A DNA stretch of 64,000 nucleotides from NCBI RefSeq assembly GCF_009914755.1, contig NC_060928.1; one strand, given 5' to 3'. Below the pieces are notes generated by a model. It worked only from the letters and a program-made list of their open reading frames with translations, did not search any database and was not told the DNA's origin. Both the position numbers and the translations under genes were made by a program. Below, one piece after another: positions 55,900-64,000 of this stretch. The stretch comes from the human T2T-CHM13v2.0 reference genome, Homo sapiens. How positions within the stretch are numbered: position 1 is the first letter of the stretch; each line of letters begins with the position of its first letter.

Positions 55900-56420
55900 A
55901 GTGTGTGATGGGCATCTGCTGAGATGCCCCCATGGAGCAGCCCTCCTCCATTCTGACCTTGTGGCTTGAACAGGGCTGAGCCTACAAGGCAAGTACATGA
56001 CCCAGGACATCTAATGACCAGTGCCTCTCATGGCTCCGTGACCGACAGTGGCAAGGAGTCAGGAGGGGTGAGCTGAGCCTAGCCCACCAAAGTCCATGTC
56101 CATCAGATGCAAGACTAAGCTGAAATTACCAGAGAAGAGGGTTTTTCTTCCTGCTAGTGGAACAGAAACCTAGAGCAGCTGGTGGCTGTTTCTGCCACTG
56201 CTTGGGGGCAAGCTTGCCTGAAAAAGAAGCCAACAGAGAAAGGCAGAGCAAGAAATGAAGAGAAAAACTGCTGATACCTTCAGAGCAACTGGAAATGGCC
56301 AATGCCAAAAGCAATATCCCTAGATGTTTCTGTTATGTCAATCAGTAAATTCCTATTTTTGCCTGAGCCAGTTTGATTGGGGTTTCTGTCACTTAGAGCT
56401 GAAAATGTCCTAATTCAAAA
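55900..56420 (+). mobile_element. MLT1J/K-type MaLR LTR
   Basis: gagcagctggtggc...aaattcct..ttttgcctgagccagtttga..tggggtttctgtcactt. Confidence 0.6.
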
Positions 56421-56516
56421 TGTAACTATCTAGCTGCAATATATATATTTTTTCATTTAACCACACTGCTTACTGTTCATGCTTTTGAACATAGGGATTA
56501 TTTCTACACATAAGAC

Positions 56517-56812
56517 TTTTTTTTTTTTGAGACAGGGTCTTGCTCTGTCACCCAGGCTGGAGTCCAGTGGTGTGATATCGGCTCATTACAACCTCTGCTT
56601 CCTGGGCTCAGGTGATCCTCCCACCTCAGCCTCTCAAGTAGCTGTGACTACTGGCGTGTGCCACTACACCTGGCTAATTTCTTTGTATTTTTTGTAGAGA
56701 CAGGGTTTCACCATGTTGCCTAGGCTGGTCTAGAACTCCTGGCCTCAAGCGATATGCCCACCTCAACCTCCCAAAGTGCTAGGATTACAGGCGTGAGCCA
56801 GCACACCCAACC
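56517..56812 (-). mobile_element. AluJ
   Basis: gagacagggtcttgctctgtcacc; cctgggctcaggtgatcctcccacc. Confidence 0.9.
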
Positions 56813-56894
56813 CACATATTCTTAATAGGCGCAACATAAGTTATTTCAAAGGGCAGAAGGAAAATGTAATCCAACTGGAGATACACATAAATAT

Positions 56895-57005
56895 TAAGAT
56901 ACAGTATTAATAATGTTAATAGCAAACATTTGTTAAATTTACCACAGACACATAGTAACATTGAACAAATGTTTGCTATTAATATTAATTCTGTATTGTG
57001 TCTTA
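56895..57005. repeat. Imperfect inverted repeat with 19-bp perfect core
   Basis: ttaatagcaaacatttgtt (56916-56934) and aacaaatgtttgctattaa (56964-56982). Confidence 0.9.
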
Positions 57006-57230
57006 AAATAATAGATGTGCATTAGGATATATTAATAATGTATTAATAATATACATCTCAATCTTCACAATGTTTCGCTATAAGTATTCAAATTATATCT
57101 ATTTTAAAGAAGGGCAAACTGATTCAGAGAGGTTAAGAAACTTGCCCAACACCAGAGCAGGTGGTAGGTCAGAGACCCAGGACCAAGCAAGCATATTCTA
57201 ACTAGAACATTCGCTCTTAAATCACTATGC
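56905..57230 (-). mobile_element. MIR with rearranged 3' tail
   Basis: atctcaatcttcacaa...aaactgattcagagaggttaagaaacttgcccaa. Confidence 0.65.
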
Positions 57231-58621
57231 TCTACTCCCTCCAGAATATCAGAAGTGTTACTGAAAATACATAAAGTTGGTTCTGCTGTGCCACATAAAG
57301 AGGTTCAGCCACTATACGGTGCCCTGAGCCATCCCTCAACACAGTGATAGAAAGGACGGATCCCTGAGTATCCCTGAGAGGTGTTTTCCAACTGCAGGGT
57401 GCAAACCATTGGTGAGCCATGAAAATGATTTAATGAGTGAAGACCAGCAGTATTCCCCGACAGAATAGAAAATATCAGACTATGGTATATAAGGGCAAAT
57501 ATTGCCTTGTGAAACCTTTTTGCTTATACATATATACATACATATTTATATCCCAGTTCATGACATGAAATATACTTTCCTATAAATCATAAAGTTTTAA
57601 GGCCACAAATGTAGAGCAGAAAGTTGTGTGAAGGCTGGCTGTAAAATCCCCTAAACCTGGACTCACAGGGTTGAGGTGGGAAGAGAGAGAGAGAGAAGTG
57701 AAAACTAAATGGCCTCAGGAATTGAGGAAAATTAGAACTGACCCATACTGCAATGTATTTTCCTGAGGAAATCCTCTAAGCAAATCTATCTGATTCCCTA
57801 AGAGGGCTTTTTTCCTTAACTAAATATTAGAGACTAAGGATCCTTTCACAAAACCCCCAATATCTGATGTTTGTGTGGTAATTCAAAACTGAAAAGGGTG
57901 AAGCAGCGATATGAAAGCAATCTGCTGGGTGAGCGCTAATGAGGTCCATGCAGCAGACAGCACCAGAGCCCAAGCTCGGAGCAGCTCCCCAGGCACACGG
58001 CTGATGTGGAAACTCACAGGACAGCTTGAGTTTGCTGGGGAAAAGTCAAATTGGCAAGCATAACAGTAGCCTTGCCTGGGCTAAAAGAAACACCTCGCTG
58101 GCTCCCCCTCGCTCTTCTCTTGTGTGGCAGCGTCAGGCGGCCCCAGGAGATGCTGAGGGGCTTAACATCCCACGCGGTGCTCCCACTGAGGCTCCTCGGC
58201 TCCTCTCCCCGCCCAGGAAGAGGACACTTCTTAAGCTTTTATTAAACTGTTGTCATAAATTGCTTATGAGAGCAAAGTAACAAACTATCACTTTCCCTTT
58301 CCTTCCAAGTGGCGAGAACTGGGCCTGTGCCTGCTCCAAAGCACTGAGCCAAAATCAGCCGGCAGAAAATTGCCAGCCATCATTAACTGTCGGACTGGCA
58401 GGGCAGAGGAAGTCCATTTTATTAGAGGCTCATCCATAATATATTTTGTTTGAACCCTGTACAGACTGAATTCATTAACATAGATTAACAATTCATCCTC
58501 GAGCTCAGATTCCTTTGTGCTTCTCCTAAGTGGCATCACTCTTTTAGCTCCTCCCACTCACAATAAATTATTTAATCGCAAAGTTCAGAACTATTTTCTG
58601 TCAGTGTTAAATATTTCCTAT

Positions 58622-59142
58622 CAGTGGCTCTGAACCTTCTGTGGATTAAGGATCTCCTTTGAGCATCTAATGAAAGCTACACATCCTTACTCAGGAAAAA
58701 TGCACAAAGAAGCCAGGTGTGGTGGCTCACGCCTGTAATCCCAGCACTTTGGGAAGCCGAGGTAGACGGATCAATTGAGTCCAGGGGTTTGAGACCAGCC
58801 TGGCCAACACGGTGAAACCCCGTCTCTACTAAAATATAAAAATTCGCTGGCGTGGTGGTGGGTGCCTGTAATCCCAGCTACTCAGGAGGCTGAGGCAGGA
58901 GAATCCCTTGAACCCTGGAGGTAGAGGCTGCAGTGAGCTGACAGCCGAGATCATGCCACTACACTCCAGCCTGGGCGACAGAGCGAGACTCTGTCTCAAA
59001 AAAAAAAAAAAAAAAAGAAAAAGAAAAATACACAAAAGCGTGCACACATACACAATTTTGCTAGGATTTTAGGGGTGCAGAGATGCCCAGAAACTCTCCC
59101 ACGGTCTCTTAGAAAGCATATGAACCCCCAGTTAAGTTCCTC
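58622..59142. mobile_element. MER117-like hAT-Charlie element split by an Alu
   Basis: cagtggctctgaacct...ctttgagcatctaatgaaagcta...aaaaatgcaca...cacaattttgc...ttttagggg. Confidence 0.55.
58711..59023 (+). mobile_element. AluS
   Basis: Full dimer; imperfect TSD gaaaaat(g/a)cacaaa. Confidence 0.9.
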
Positions 59143-59869
59143 AGTTCTAGTATGTATCACCTTTCCTAGTGCCGAACACATTCATGGCAAAAAATTAGTT
59201 CACTTAGAGAGTTAAGTGTTTCTCTCAAACACCTACTGAAAAACAAAACCAGCAAACAAACAAAACAATGATATTAACATTTCCTACTTATCTTTATTGT
59301 ACTTCAGAAATGAAAAATCAGTTAAGTGTTTAGGGTCCTGTTACTTGCTTAGTGCTAAGAGGAATATAAAAAAAGTAAAAGACAGTCCCTCATCATAACA
59401 AAATTAACGTGATGAAGCAATGATGGAGAAAAGAGATCCGTACACAGTTATATGCTAAATTACATGGTACCAGCTAATGGCACAGTGGCAATTTTTTTTT
59501 TAATTTTTAAAATTTAAAAATACATGTAGGGAGTTCAAGTGCAGATTTCTTACATGCATATATTGCCTAGTGGTAAAGTCTGGGCTTTTAATGTACCCAT
59601 CACCTAAATAGTAAACTTTCTACCCAATCATAATTTTTCAACCCTCACCTCCCTCCCATCCTCCCACTATTTTTAGTCTTCAATGTCCATTATTTTATTC
59701 TGTCTGTCCATGTGTACCCATCATTTGGCCCCCGTTTACAAGTGAGAATGTGTGGCATTTGCCTTTCTGTTTCTGAGTTATTTTACTGATGATAAAGGCC
59801 TCCAGTTCCATCCATGTTGCTCCAAAAGACAAGATTTCATTCCTTTTTATCGCTGCATAGTATTCCAAG

Positions 59870-59903
<34 letters not shown>

Positions 59904-60208
59904 CCCACATTTTCTGTATCCAATGATCCTCCACTGATGGACACTTAGGTTGATTTCATATCTTTGCTATTGTGAACAGCAGTGTGGTGAACATATGACT
60001 TGAGGTGTTTTTAAATATAATAATTCCTTTTCCTTTGGTTAGATACCGGAAATGGGATTGCTAGATCCAACGGTAGTTCTATTTTTAGTTGAGAAATCTC
60101 CATACCATTTTCCACTGAGGTTGTACTAACGTATATTCCCACCAACAGTGTATAAGCGTTCCCTTTTCTCCACATGCTCACCAACATCTGTTATTTTTAG
60201 TCTGTTGA

Positions 60209-60579
<371 letters not shown>

Positions 60580-62377
60580 TCGTTGTGATTTTAATTTGCA
60601 TTTCTCTGATGATTAGTGATGTTGAGCATTTTTTTCATGTTTGTTGGCCACTTGTATGTCTTCTTTTGAAAAATGTGTGTTCATGTTTTTTGCTCACTTT
60701 TTAATGGGGTTCTTTGGGGTTTTTTTCTTGTTAAGTTGTTTGAGTTTCTTGTAGATTCTGCATGTCAGCCCTTAGTTGGATGCATACTTTGGGAATTTTT
60801 TTTTCCTCATTCTGTAGGTTTACTCTCCTGATTTTTTTCTTTTGCTGTGCAGAATCTTTTTAATTTAATTTAATTAAGTGCCATTTCTCCATTTTTATTT
60901 TCATTGTGCTTGGTTTTAAGGACTTGGTCATAAATTCTTTGCCTGGGCCAATGTCCAGAAGAGTTTTTCCTAGGTTTCTTCTAGGATTTTTATAGTTTCA
61001 GGTCTTACGTTTAGGTCTTTAATCCATCCTGAGTTAATTTTTGTATATGATAAGAGGTATGGGTTCAGTTTCATTCTTCTACAACATACATCCAATTTTC
61101 CCAGCACCATTTATTGAATAGGGTGTCATTTCCCCAGTGTACATTTTTGTTGAATTTGTTGAAAATCAGTTGTAGATATGTGGCTTTATTTTTGGCTTCT
61201 CTATTCTATTCCACTGATCTATGTGTCTATTTTTATACCAGTACCATGTTGTTTTGGTTACTATAGCTTTGTAGTGTAATTTCAAGTCAGGTAACGTGAC
61301 GCCTCTAGATTTTTTCTTTTTGCTTAGGATTGCTTTGGCTATTCTGGCTTTTTTGGTTCCATATGAATTTTAGGATTGGGTTTTTTAATTCTGTGAAAAA
61401 TAATGTTGGTAAGTTTGATAAGGATTATATTGAATCTGTAGATTTCTCTGGGGAGATGGTCATTTTAACAATGTTGATTCTTCTAACCCATGAGCATGGG
61501 ATATTTTTCCATTTGTCTGTGTTGTCTATGATTACTTTCATCGGTGTTTTGTAGTTCACCTCCTTGTTTAAATATATTCCCAGCTGGGTTTTTTTTTTTT
61601 TTGTGGTAGCTATTATAAATGGGGTTGACTTTTTGATTTGGTCCTCGGCTAGATCATTACTGTACTAGTGTACAGAAAAGCTACTGATTTCTATATGTTA
61701 ATTTAGTATCCTGAAACCTTACTGAATTGATTTATCAAATCTAAGAGTTTTTTGGTGGAGTCTTTAAGGTTTTCTAGATATAAGATCATATCATCAGTGA
61801 ACAGGGATAATTTGACTTCCTCCTTTCCAATTTGGATGTCTTTTATTATTCTCTCTTGCCTGATTGCTCTGGTGAGAACTTCCAGTGCCATGTTGAATAA
61901 GAGTCATGAAAGTGGGCATGCTTCTCTTGTTCCAGTTCTTAAGGGGAATGTTTTCAACTTTTTCCTATTAAGTATGATGTTGGCTGTAGGTTTGTCATAT
62001 ATGGCCTTTATTATGTTGAAGTATATTCCTTCTGTGTCTCGTATGTTGAAGACTTTTATCATGAAGAGATGCTGAATTTTACTGAATGCTTTTTTCTGCA
62101 TCTATTGAGACGATCATATGTTTTTGTCCTTAATTCTGTCTGCATGATGTATCACATTTCTTCATTTGCACATGTTGAATCATCCTTGCATCCTTAGGAT
62201 AAATCCCACCTGATCACGGTATAGTATCTTTTTGATGAGCTGCTGGATTCAATTTGCTAGTATTTTGTTGAGAATTTTTACATATATTTTCATCAGGGAT
62301 ATTGGCCTCTAGTTTTCTTTTTTGTTGTATCCTTGTCTGGTTTTGGTATCAGGGTTATAACTAGCCTTGTAGAATGA

Positions 62378-62774
<397 letters not shown>

Positions 62775-63449
62775 TCCTTTGTATGTTTGAAAGAATTTGC
62801 CTGTGACTGCATCTGGTCCTGGGCTTTTTTTGTTGAGAGATTTTTATTACTGATTCAATTTCACTACTCATCATTGGTCTGTGCAGGGCTTCTATTTCTT
62901 CAATCTCAGGAGGTTGTGTCCCCAGGAGTTTATCCATTTCTTCCAGCTTTTCTAGTTTGTGAGCATATAGTTGTTAATAGTAATAGTCTCTGATGATCTT
63001 ATATTTCCATGATCAGTTGTAATGTCTCCTTTTTCATTTCTGATTGTGTTTATTTTGATCTTCTCTCTTCTTTTCTTGGTTAGTCTAGCTAGTGGTTTAT
63101 CAATTTTGTTTATCTTTTCAAAAAACCAACTTTTCATTTCACTCATCCTTTGTATTGTTTTTTGGTCTCTAGTTCATGTAGTTTTGCTCTGATCTTTGTC
63201 GCTTATTTTCTTGTAACTTTGAGTTTGGTTTGTTCTTATTTTTCTAGTTCCTTCAAGTGTGATGTTAGGTAACTTGTGACCTACTGTTTTGATGTAGGCA
63301 TTTAGTGCTATAAACTTCCCTCTTAGTACTGCTTTTGCAGTATCTCACAGGTTTCACTATGCTGTATTTTCATTTTCATTCAAGGAATTATGCTTCATTC
63401 TTCATCGACCTTTTTAGTGAACACCCAGGAAGTTTTCCTGTGTGCTTGT

Positions 63450-63990
63450 AGTCTGCCTCCCTTTTTCCAATTACAACACCTTGGTCTTTCTTTGGGCAAT
63501 AAGCTGGTGTTCTAGAGTAAGATGGTAAGGATGTGACCCAATCCTGGCAATCACAGCATTCCACCTATCTCACATTAACAATTGGTTTGGGACTAGTGGG
63601 TGCTTAAGGCCTGTCCAGTAAGACTCATCCTGGGATTTCTATTCAAGTATTTTCAAAGAGAGACTCATTTACTACAGTTATTAAACTCATGGGAAAGACA
63701 ATAGGAGCTGCTAGTAGCTACCTTGAAACCACATGAGGATACCCTAAGAATGAAGCCAGTCCAAGAGAAAGCAAAGGCAAGAAATGGACAGAGCCCTATG
63801 ACATGGTTTGGTCACTGGATATATTTTTAGGTATATGAGGCTAATAACCTCCATCTCACAGAGTGCATGACTAACCACAGTAAATTTAGGATTCTGTGCT
63901 TCTCCATCCCTTCTCCATAACTAGTTTACCTCTTAAAGGGTATCTGGAATTTCAGTTGTCATGTAACATGAAAGTTTTGAAATGATGACT
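63450..63990 (+). mobile_element. Old MLT1-type MaLR LTR
   Basis: ggagctgctagtagctaccttg...agaatgaagcca...ggatat...gaggctaataa...ttcagttgtcatgtaacatgaaag. Confidence 0.5.
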
Positions 63991-64000
63991 GGCCCATTTA

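Overview
Primate genomic DNA (most likely human or another hominoid; species cannot be fixed from the sequence alone). It lies almost entirely inside introns of TSPAN5, which is transcribed on the minus strand. The only host coding sequence I can support is the 51-nt exon at 18630-18680 (FLGITFLGIGLWAWNEK, canonical AG/GT). The rest is dominated by transposable elements: about 24 Alu copies or fragments, a solo HERV-W LTR17, several MaLR/ERVL LTRs, a near-full-length but dead L1PA6/7-like element (42022-48442, 16-bp TSD), a 5'-truncated L1PB4-like element, L2, L3/CR1, MIR and DNA transposons (Tigger, MER6A, MER33, MER5A). Apart from the exon and the broken L1 ORF1/ORF2 pieces, the ORF track is noise. 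I found no convincing new multi-gene system. The best leads are a 39-bp templated inverted insertion inside a MIR that gives a fully paired hairpin only on the transcribed strand (5372-5468), a second MIR-derived fold-back (56895-57005), a candidate poison exon (25033-25127) and several unusual repair or retrotransposition scars. Repeat subfamily names come from recalled consensus sequences and need RepeatMasker/Dfam confirmation; boundaries of old elements are approximate.
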